A DNA stretch of 60,047 nucleotides, the filler included, from Circinaria calcarea (taxonomy: Eukaryota): the NCBI GenBank assembly GCA_051942165.1. It is 8 parts of 8 records of this genome, joined end to end, with 100 filler letters (N's around TTAATTAATTAA, not from the genome) between each part and the next. Parts side by side here need not be neighbours in the genome. Positions count along the whole stretch, not along the records: positions 45,129 to 52,545 come from JAVECS010001337.1; positions 52,646 to 60,047 come from JAVECS010001338.1; 6 more parts are not named here. One strand, 5' to 3'. Position numbers and translations under genes: made by a program. Below, in pieces: positions 50,804 through 60,047 of this stretch (within the stretch, counting starts at the first letter, position 1; every line of letters begins with the position of its first letter). The notes beneath the pieces are model-generated. The model was not told the origin of the DNA. It saw only the letters and a list, made by a program, of their open reading frames with translations, and ran no database searches.

Positions 50804-51547
50804 TCACTCCTCACACCCCGTGCAGTCTTCATCCCTCTTGTACGGACCCTTTTGATCTGCCAACGACCACCATTCATGAAACCGTGTTATATATGTTCCA
50901 TCAAGGAACTCCTCCTCATAAGCCCTCAATATCCTTCCACGGCGTTCACAATCTCTCTTCATCAGTTTGGCGGGCTCAAATGGGATTGGTCCACCACCAA
51001 TCTTAACTTCACTGATGCCGCCTATCGTCATTAACAGGCTGTGCAAATCTGAGAGCCTAGATAAATGGCTCTCGTAATCCTTTGGCTCGGCCGCGTTAAC
51101 GCTGATGGATGTTTTCAAAGTTCGTGTGCTGTGGCTGCCATTCCAAAAGGTCCCTTTACCATTCCAGATCAGATAGAGCAGCTTTGCTACCGGACTCCAA
51201 CTTCTACCAAAAACCTCCGAAACACTCATGACGAGCGTGACATGCCGCACACGCTGCAGCAATGTCCTGCTGAGGCGGGCAAAAATCTCATCCTGGGTCA
51301 CATCTTCCGTTCGGACGATCAAGTGTTGTTGATATAGAACCTCTTTGGCTTCGGCATGGATACACCGGCTGACCAATAATATTCCAGGTGTTCTCTTGTG
51401 ATCAGAGGGACTCCACTCTTTCCTGGCATAGTAACGTGGGAGATTGGTGGCGTAACCATACACCATATCCCGAATCTCCCTCGGCAGGCGCAGGAAGGGA
51501 AAGTAGGTCGGCATGACAGCAGCACCGTCAGTCTGAGACATAGTCAC
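50804..51547 (-). CDS. Hypothetical protein with an F-box-like 'FLRLPREIRDMVY' motif
   Basis: PFLRLPREIRDMVY..GILLVSRCIHAEAKEVLY. The start is uncertain and an upstream exon is possible. Confidence 0.65.
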   Translation of the reverse strand: MTMSQTDGAAVMPTYFPFLRLPREIRDMVYGYATNLPRYYARKEWSPSDHKRTPGILLVSRCIHAEAKEVLYQQHLIVRTEDVTQDEIFARLSRTLLQRVRHVTLVMSVSEVFGRSWSPVAKLLYLIWNGKGTFWNGSHSTRTLKTSISVNAAEPKDYESHLSRLSDLHSLLMTIGGISEVKIGGGPIPFEPAKLMKRDCERRGRILRAYEEEFLDGTYITRFHEWWSLADQKGPYKRDEDCTGCEE

Positions 51548-52222
51548 TCTCCCTCTAGCCAGCGTGTCTGCTCAGTAACTGTTAGCAGCTGCTACATAGT
51601 CCTATAACAGACGAACCGAAATGTTTAGAGTAAGAAATAAGAGTCGTACCTCAATTCTAAATGACTAATTGAATGTGGAATGAATCTCTAACTCAGAGTG
51701 TGTCATGAATGAATGAGTGGAAGGAGAGCTTTTTCCCCAAGAGTGGAAAAGATCTAGTGAATAAAATCGGGGTGCTTTAACCTTCTCGCTGGGCTCATTA
51801 GGGTGGCAATGGTGGGTGCAAGTAGCGCAAGTACCCACTCATGCGTATCCGTACTATAGAGTCCGAGAAGAAGAAACTGGAAGAGTCCGCCAGTACCATC
51901 AAAGATACCCCTCGATCCCAATGTAATGCTGTTTAATGAATTGAGGAGCCGAGAATGGTGTTCGGGAGTATTAGCAAAGAGGTCTGATTCACCAATTTTC
52001 CTTTAGCGAACATAATGTTCGGGTGTAAATTTAAGCATTAATGGTATAGATAGGGCTTGTGCTACATTACCCCCCCTTGCCCACTTTGACTAATTTCTAC
52101 CGGGACCATAATCCCCGACTCACTCAAACATCCACCCTACCCTCGACTTCTCGACCCGACCATCATTTTCCCCCATATTTGTAAAACTACCACATTGCCA
52201 GGTACATCCCCCCCCCCCGTTT

Positions 52223-52500
52223 CATGAACCCAAAAGCGACGGAATCCGGATCATATACGTAAAGGTATAAACCCCCCAGCCGCACCCTTTGCCTCCCTAC
52301 TCGCTCAGGTCGAGATCCAAAGTGCCGACGTCCCTCCATCCGGTATTCTCGTAGAGCCTGTGGGCTATGGGCGAAGACTTGACGTAGCAGACGAGGCCGG
52401 CCGCGTCGGGCTCGAGCGGCGCCGTGGCGAACCAAGGCGGAGCCGACGCCTTGCCGTTGGCTGAGGGGGCAGACGACGAGGAGGGTGTTGAGGACTAAGT
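52223..52500 (-). pseudogene. GNAT acetyltransferase 3' fragment, disrupted
   Basis: Motif A QRQGVGSALVRHG, then a frameshift to DAAGLVCYVKSSPIAHRLYENTGW..DLSE*GG. Confidence 0.65.
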
Positions 52501-52545
52501 AGTCGGAAAAGCAAATAATTAGCCTATGGGAGGGGGAGGAAAGGG

Positions 52546-52645
52546 NNNNNNNNNNNNNNNNNNNNNNNNNNNNNNNNNNNNNNNNNNNNTTAATTAATTA
52601 ANNNNNNNNNNNNNNNNNNNNNNNNNNNNNNNNNNNNNNNNNNNN
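52546..52645. other. Artificial contig linker
   Basis: 44 N + TTAATTAATTAA + 44 N. Confidence 0.99.
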
Positions 52646-52780
52646 AAGAGAAAAGAGAAAAGAGAAAAGAGAAAAGAGAAAAGAGAAAAGAGAAAAGAGA
52701 AAAGAGAAAAGAGAAAAGAGAAAAGAGAAAAGAGAAAAGAGAAAAGAGAAAAGAGAAAAGAGAAAAGAGAAAAGAGAAAA
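52646..52780. repeat. Heptanucleotide tandem repeat (AAGAGAA)n, about 19 copies, at a contig end
   Basis: Perfect 7-bp period seen directly. Confidence 0.97.
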
Positions 52781-53318
52781 AGATAAAGGGGGAGTGTGCT
52801 TGGATAGGTCAGTAAGGGACGGAAGGGAGAAGTTGATTGATTGAGAGGGGAAATAGGATGGGAGGAAGGGAGCAAAAGAATCGAGTTTACTTTATATAGC
52901 GCATAGGAAATTTCCAAAATCCGTATACGTACGTATAAACGGAGATGTTAATTTTTGGTTTGTACGCCCCGGAAGGAAGCCCTGGGGTAGGTAAGTAAAT
53001 ACAAAAAGGGTTTCGAGTAAAATAGGACGGACATGTCCCGCGAAATGGATAGAAACATGGATCACACTCTAATCGGCCCTGATATTGTGGACTATCTGAA
53101 AACTAGTTATTTGACAGTCATGCGGGTTTCATTCACAGCCAGTGGAGTGCATCTTATACCAGATCTGACCAAATATGTGTGTGATCGTTGGTTGGATATG
53201 TGGCCTTCTGGCAACCTATGGCCATAATGCCTAGTAGATCCCCATCCCCTTTTCAACGGGACCCTATCTATCCCAGACATATAAAGCTATCAGCGCGGCG
53301 GACCCTCAAGTTCCAAAC

Positions 53319-55012
53319 TCAAACAGAAGTTCTCCCTGCCGCCCTCCTAATCGCCATCTTGAAACTAATCCCCTTCATCCCCTTCCCCCCTTCCGCCTTC
53401 TTCCCCTGAAAAGCATCTTCAATCTCATCCAAGCTCTTCCCCATCGTCTCCGGCATGAATACCGCACACACCGCCGCCGTCACCAACGTACACCCCCCGA
53501 ACAAAAAGTACACCCCAAAACTGCTCTTTGCTAACAGAATTGGCGTCGCCAACGCTACTAAAAAGTTCGTCATCCAATTACTGCCGTGCGCCAGACTCGT
53601 CGCCGACGCCCGCGTGCGCTGCGGCTGGATCTCCGCGGCGTAAATCTTGATACCGACGGCCCAGGAGACGCAGTAAACGACGGCGAAAACGTAAATGGAG
53701 ACGATGACAACCCAGCGGCCAGCGCCGAAGGTGCCGTGCACGGCATTGCCCGCGTAAAGGCCGCCGATCAGGAGCATGATAGCGGCCATGAAGACGCCGC
53801 CGTAGATAGTGCTAGGGCGGCGGCCCCATTTGTCGGCGAGGAAGAGCGCGGGAATGGTCACGGCGAAGATGACGATGGCGGAGACGCCGGAGGCGAGGAA
53901 GGACGATGAGGAAGAACTGAGGCCCGCCTGTTGGAAGAGAAGGGGGGCATACTTGAGGGGTGGGGTTAATTAGTGGGTTGGAGGAAGTGGATCAGAGGGG
54001 TGCTTACGTAGAGAACGCCGTCGATGCCGCTGAGTTGTTGCATGCCCATCATGAAGACTGCGAGGCCGGTGCGGGTGCGTACGTCGCTGGAAAAGACGCT
54101 GAAGAAGCTCCGCTTGGTTGCAGGTTTCGGGGTGGGGTCTCGACTGGGAGAGTCAATCGAGTCTGCAACGCTGCGGATTTCAATGCCCGTGGTGTTATTT
54201 TGTTGATTCTCGACCTTTTCGCGCTCGGCGTGACCGATTTCGAGGACATCCCATGCTATAGATGCTTCCGATTGACGACCGCGGAGGGTTAACCATCTTG
54301 GAGAAGGAACAAGCCAGACGAAAGATGCTATAGAAAACACACCGGAAAGACAAGCTAAGATAACAAATGGAATGCGCCACGCAAGTGATGAATTGACGTT
54401 TGCTGTTCCATAACAGGTGAAGAACCCAACCACAAGACCGAGAGTGGTCAATAGCTGAGGACCCGTTGTTAGAGGACCTCTCTGACTCGGGGGTGAGATC
54501 TCGCAGATGTACCTGTTTATCATAAGTTGTATTCTCTCGCACGCATCGGATCAACATACACAACCAAAGTTCCCAGATACAACCCCTCGCCGGCCCCCTC
54601 AATGCACCTCCCAACAACAAACATAGCAATACTAACCGCACCCGCTTCCATCGCCGCTCCAATCCCAAATACCAGCGCCCCAATCGCAATTGCTGTCGGC
54701 CGGCCCAGCCGATCCGCCACTTTCCCCGCGAAGAAGGAGAAAATAGCCGCTGGGATCAGAACGGATGAGACGATCAGTCCGTGGATGGTCGGGGAGTTGG
54801 AGCCGAATTGGGCCGCAAAACTCTTCATGACAGTTACAGGGCCGATGATGCCCGTGTCCATCCTAAATAGACGCTCGATATCAGTAATTATATCGTAACA
54901 CGGTAGTAGATGGTCAGCGGGGGGCAGCCTACCCGAAAAGAAAGCCGCCGAATGAGCAGAGGATGCTGCTGAGGACATATCGCGGAAACCGAGGGCGGTG
55001 TAAAGGAAGCAT
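53319..55012 (-). CDS. MFS sugar-porter family transporter
   Basis: FGGFLFG|MDTGIIG, ADRLGR, YICEISP..RG, SPRWL, MQQLSGIDGVLY, ADKWGRR, PETMGKSL. Three introns. Confidence 0.92.
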
Positions 55013-55700
55013 GATGCAAATGACTGATCGATGTTATTTGTATTGAAGATTATCAGTTACCCATGGATAGTCGTATATTGAGTGAGGGAAAAGCAAGTGT
55101 CGCTGAGAGAAACGTGAACCCAAAGATAAGGAAACTCCCTATATTGCGTGATACGTGATATCTGGAGTAAGCTATTCACTACGGGCATGAACACGCGGTG
55201 TGATAGCCCAGTGAAGAAATAGGCTTAAAAGCTAGTGGAGATTCGGCCTAGCTAGTTTGGGGGCGGGAACTCGCCCTAAAGCCCGAAAACATTTTTTCTC
55301 CGTAAAGGCTGCCGGATACGGGAGTATACACGGCGGTCGTCAAAGCTGCCGCTTCGGGAAGTCCACATGACGTCCTTTTTAACTTTAGATATTGAAACTA
55401 TATCTCGAAATGGATATTAGACGCTTCTATTGAATCCTACTCAATCTCACCTAGTCAGACCCGATGACTCTTCTCCATAATCTGCCCGAAACCGTTCGTC
55501 GGGCAACCCAAAGCCACGCCGATAGTGGAGAACGATAGAAATATACTCATCAGGACAAGTTGATTCAAATCGAAAGGATGAGGTCAGAAATCGATGTCAA
55601 TGAAACTGCGCAGGTATATTAACCCCCTCCATGTGCGTACTTTATAGGCACTTTTGGTTATATCTGTGACCCTTGGTATCACAAACTTCTGCTTATCAAT

Positions 55701-57335
55701 ATGATTGTAATCATCTCTTTTTTCGTTGCCATATACGCTTTATACCTTGCACTGAACCCACTTATAGAGTACCTCTGCGACCCCAAAGGCCTTCGCAAAT
55801 ACCCCGAGCAAAACTGGCTTTCTGGGATCTCTAACCTCGCCTATGGATGGGAAGTCGGCCGTAAACACGCCGTCTTCCACACACGGCGCTTGCATAATGC
55901 TCTCATGAAGGATCCTGTTATACGCGTTGGCCCCAACTGGCTATCCTTTGGCAGTTCGCGCGCAGTCAACGACATCTACGGCTACAACTCGAGATGCGAA
56001 AAGGCCGCCATCTATTCGTCGTTGCAGGGCGGCGGGAAGCACCTCGTAAACATTGTCGACCGCACGGAGCACTCGCATCGTCGCCATATGGTCGCTGCCG
56101 CCTATGCTCCTAAGAAAATCGATATGTGGGCGCCTGATATAACAGATTCAACTGCTATGCTGTTGAAGCGCATGGATGGCATGTGTACGGCACCACTCTC
56201 ATCTGGCGGAAGTGTTGCGAAAGAGGACCTCAAGTTCGAGGGCATGCTCTGGAGCAACTTGTTCACGCTGGAAACGCTAGTTAAGATCGGCCTAAGCAAA
56301 GATATGCGGCTCCTCGAGGCTGGAAACGATAATTATGTGCTCAACGACCCTGACGGTACGGCAAGAACGGTAAGTTGCTATAAAAGCCTGCACGGGGGGT
56401 CGATGGCCACGTCGACTTTGATCTGGGACACCGATTGGTTTCCGTTGCTCAAGAAGGTAACCATGGCATTATCCCCATGGTACGCGAACAATTGGCAAAA
56501 CGGCGCGAACTGGAGAGCCATAGTGACCCAGCTTGTTATGGAGCGAATAGACCGATACAAGAATGGGGAGATCCTCGACGACTTGTTTCAGCCGACGATG
56601 GAAGACAAGAAGACAGGCACCGAACCTGAGATTAGCAATCAAGACAGAATTGCAGAAGCAGATCAGATGAGTATATCACCTGATGATGTCCATTTTGAGA
56701 AAGCAGAACTAACCACCCTAATAGTCAATGGCGGCTGTGATGGTCCCGCCATTTCGCTTGCTAACACACTTTATTACTTGGTGAAGAATCCACAAACACT
56801 CACCAGACTCCGCGAAGAACTCGACTCCGCTTTATCCCCGCTTGATTCCGTCGCTCCGTGGTCTAAAGTAAAGAATTGTGCCTACCTCCGTGCATGCATC
56901 GACGAGTCCATGCGGCTCTCTCCACCTGTCGCAACAGACCTTGCCCGCCGCACGCCACCCCAAGGGATCGAAATCGATGGGCAAATGGTTCCAGGCAACA
57001 CGATTGTGTCGATTTCGGCATACACTGCACAGCGCGACCCCGAGGTTTTTCCCGATCCCGAGGCATTTACGCCAGAACGCTGGCTGATCAGGGGTAGCGA
57101 TCGATTGAAAGATATGACGGCAGTATACATTCCCTTCAGTGCTGGTTCGAGGAGCTGTATTGGAAGGAACGTGACGATACTGATGCAGATGGTTTTCCTG
57201 GCGACTTTGTGTTATAGATATGACTTTGCGCTACCAAGTACGGAATGGGAGATGGATTGGGAGGACTATTTCAATTTATGGCCGAGGGAGTTGCCAATGA
57301 AAATCTGGCGAAGGGAGGTGAAGGCGTCAGCTTGA
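55701..57335 (+). CDS. Cytochrome P450 (benzoate 4-monooxygenase-like group, tentative)
   Basis: N-terminal TM anchor, DPKGLRKYP, ExxR (ESMR), PERW, heme motif FSAGSRSCIG. In-frame 54-nt intron 56671-56724. Confidence 0.93.
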   Translation: MIVIISFFVAIYALYLALNPLIEYLCDPKGLRKYPEQNWLSGISNLAYGWEVGRKHAVFHTRRLHNALMKDPVIRVGPNWLSFGSSRAVNDIYGYNSRCEKAAIYSSLQGGGKHLVNIVDRTEHSHRRHMVAAAYAPKKIDMWAPDITDSTAMLLKRMDGMCTAPLSSGGSVAKEDLKFEGMLWSNLFTLETLVKIGLSKDMRLLEAGNDNYVLNDPDGTARTVSCYKSLHGGSMATSTLIWDTDWFPLLKKVTMALSPWYANNWQNGANWRAIVTQLVMERIDRYKNGEILDDLFQPTMEDKKTGTEPEISNQDRIAEADQMSISPDDVHFEKAELTTLIVNGGCDGPAISLANTLYYLVKNPQTLTRLREELDSALSPLDSVAPWSKVKNCAYLRACIDESMRLSPPVATDLARRTPPQGIEIDGQMVPGNTIVSISAYTAQRDPEVFPDPEAFTPERWLIRGSDRLKDMTAVYIPFSAGSRSCIGRNVTILMQMVFLATLCYRYDFALPSTEWEMDWEDYFNLWPRELPMKIWRREVKASA

Positions 57336-57519
57336 TGAGATGGTTTCGAGGAGGTGTGTGCTGGGTGCATGAGTACAATTGTCTTTTTAGGAACGAGACG
57401 CAGTGAGCTCCAAATCGTGTGACGTCGAATATAGACGGAAAAGGGTTGTAGTAGCCATTGTACCCAGGCATTGACTAAAGACTTTTGTGGCTTCGGATCT
57501 ACAGACGGATTCCATTCAG

Positions 57520-59286
57520 TCAAAAACTCGCTTCAATAAATTGCTGCAACTTCTTCACTCTATTGCGCGTGTGAAAGCCTAGTTGGCTCTCGACGTCGTT
57601 TAATAGAGTCCAAATTCTAGTTTTCTTTGCAAGGCCGCGAATATGCTTAGCTGCTGCTCTGGCTTAGCTGGGGACAAAATTGACAAGGGCGATATCAACC
57701 GGACTTACCATAAAAGAGGGCTTGGGGCGAGAAAACTCGGACAGGAATCGGAATGTCGGAAATGGCGATGCTGGCGATCTGCGTGGCATGGTACTGAACC
57801 TGTATGTAGTATAGACTTATCAGATGTACAGTCATTGGTATGGAGTGCTGAGCTACTCGCCTGCAAGGTGTGGGATCGATCCTGGAAGTGGGGTTCCGCA
57901 TAGAGCAGGATGTGAGTGAGGTGGTAACAGATCATAGCAGCCGCTAGAGACTGATTATCACACAGAGATCTTCATCTTCACCATTCTATTTGGTCGTTGT
58001 AACTCCACTCACCAGAAGCAGGAACCGCAAAATACAATTTCGAAAAACCTTCCTCGGTCGCTTCTCCGTACTTGACACCTAGAAATGACATGGGCAACCC
58101 ATTATGCCACATATCCAGATCTCTTATCAGATCCCTCCTCTCGATTGCTGCTGACACAGGATCCGCTAGAGGGTCATTCGCATACGTCAAATCAATAGTC
58201 CTGGCCAACAGCCACAAAAGCTGATTCCCCAAAGCGTCTTCATCCGTCTCGCCCATCCGCCAAGTAACATTCCACTCTTTTGCACTCATTAATAGTGGGC
58301 TTTCGGTCAACAGTGCCACTACAATATCATGCCGGATATAGATCCAGAAATTTGCCCTATCAAGGCCTGTTGAGCGGGCACTGATTCCGTGCGTTTTGAT
58401 CAACATCATTGCCCCGAAGAAATGCCGCCGATGCTCCTGTCCCTGAGCGGCGATCATTTCATAGCTGCTTAGTAATATGGTTGCGGTTAGCGCATCATCT
58501 TGACTCTCTGTACTGCCCAAGAGCTTGATCAGCATGTGCAGAGCTTCACCGTAGTAGCGGACGGCCACTGGGTTCCAGATTTCCCCAGATACTAACAAGC
58601 TGAGATGTTTAGCACTGAAGGCACAAACACAATGCAACAAGAGTTCAGAAACAAGTACACGGCGGGTAACGTCACGTTGGTACGACGCTGTGTGATCGAA
58701 GAGGTCCATCCAGATCGCTACACCAGACTGATAGACTTGTAGGAGGTGTGCTATCTCTGGGGTTATGAGAACTGCTGGTGGTGGGATTGGATGTGCCGTT
58801 GACGACGATATTGACGGAACCTCCAGGAGTGAGGAGACAGAGGTGTTTAGAATTGACGATTCGTCGGAGCTGAGACTTGGCACGCGGAGGTTGAAGACGT
58901 CCCATGTGGAGGTGGGGGAATGGATGAGACTGGCATCGCTAAGATCGTTGCTGTCCCTGCGCGCTAGCGTGGGGGACTCGGTAGCCGTGCACCAGGCGGA
59001 GGGAGTAATGAATTCAGAAGCACGACAATGCAGCTGTAGGCGCTCGCAGTTGCTGCAGACCGGCTTCTTCTCGTCACAGCGGGTATGGCGGGATTTACAG
59101 GTGAAGCTAAAACAGTGAGCTAGGTGGATGGTAAATGTTTATCTATGCGAAGGGTTTGATCTGACCATCCTAAATGCCTCTTTTCAGTATGGTGTGGAGC
59201 GTAACGAAAGGGTACCTATGGGTGCTACCTGTTTTTCTCCGAGAGCTTCCTATGCGCTTTCGCTTACTCGAGGTACTGTCGTCCAT
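57520..59286 (-). CDS. Zn(II)2Cys6 transcription factor
   Basis: Exons 59286-59229, 59169-59166 (4 nt), 59106-58013, and three short 3' exons. RRKTGCFTCKSRHTRCDEKKPVCSNCERLQLHC; WMDLFD; stop at 57520-57522. Confidence 0.88.
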
Positions 59287-60047
59287 GGATCTACACACCT
59301 TCTGGTCGACTGCCTTCAGCCGTTATCGTTATAGAAAAGAGGATGCAAAGCATGAGGGCCCTACGTCTTCTATATGACTTCAATGATTAGGTAGAATCAC
59401 ACGCATTAAATGACTTCACAATGACAATGTAGAATCACAATTTCTATGTTTGTACGACCCGTCACCGCTTCTTTCTGTTATCTTAGCCACTTCCGCTAGC
59501 TCAGGAGGCCTAAGACTACGCAGAAAAAAGAAACATCATAGGGAAAAATTTACGTCTTCAATACTTTATACTGTATTACCGGAATACATATACAAATAAA
59601 TATCATAAAGTATAATATGTTATTTTCATAATAAAATCAGAAAATATATAAAAATCGTGATACATTATATTTTATACGGAAAAATGTCGTATCAGCGTAG
59701 CGGTAAAAATTCCCCCACTTCATGGCTTTTTTCGCCAGCTCCTACGCCCGCTCCTTCCGGTTTTGCACCTTCTCCTTGCGGATTAACGATGAGGATGAGG
59801 ATGAGGGTAACGATAAAGATAACGATGATGATGACGATGTAGTAGCAGCAGTCCCCTGTTTTCCCCAAACGAAGCCATGTGCACGGCCGGTGGAACCGGG
59901 TGCGGGTGCGGTTTTGGGTTTCGGGAATTTTGTAAACGCGGTGGTGGCAGGGGGGTAAGGATTAGGGGGGAAGTTAGTTGGGAAATAGGGAAGACACTGG
60001 GGATGTCGAGCGACGTACTGGTGACGTCGCCATGGGAGGGTGGACGA

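Noticed and set aside
52300..52320. A-to-I-correctable premature stop in the GNAT fragment
   Set aside because: An upstream frameshift also disrupts the gene, so editing alone would not rescue it.
52594..52917. ORF with (LFSFLFS)n repeats
   Set aside because: It is a translation of the heptamer tandem repeat.
59650..60047. Possible gene 3' end in low-complexity sequence
   Set aside because: No frame gives a recognisable protein, and the window truncates it.

Overview
Fungal genomic DNA (Pezizomycotina; Eurotiomycete-like by protein style, an inference), with spliceosomal introns throughout. The window is not one locus. It is eight unrelated contigs of about 7.42 kb, sorted by decreasing length and joined by artificial 100-nt linkers (44 N + TTAATTAATTAA + 44 N), so adjacency across a linker has no biological meaning. 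Protein genes: CK2 beta, Ric1 (partial), Apc11, a Tum1-type sulfurtransferase, a PIN-domain protein, an SRPK-like kinase, a secreted But2-like protein, pyroglutamyl peptidase (partial), Vps51 (partial), Ski3, a GH5 steryl-glucosidase-like enzyme (partial), a DUF6536-type protein (partial), an F-box-like protein, Yip1, a Ufd1/AZUL-type protein (partial), an Acr-2-like Zn2Cys6 factor (partial), Nha1, and an MFS-P450-Zn2Cys6 trio. There are also NmrA and GNAT pseudogenes. Two features stand out and are invisible in the ORF track. (1) A minus-strand non-coding host transcript at about 587-2060 carries five box C/D snoRNAs, one per intron (U45-like, snR41, snR70, snR51-like, U55-like). Three of its introns abut directly (AG|GT, zero-length exons), which suggests recursive splicing. 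(2) An in-frame alternative exon of 162-169 codons is hidden in the 870-nt first intron of the CK2 beta gene. rRNA target positions were assigned from remembered yeast and human rRNA sequences, and all splice models were read by eye; none was computed.
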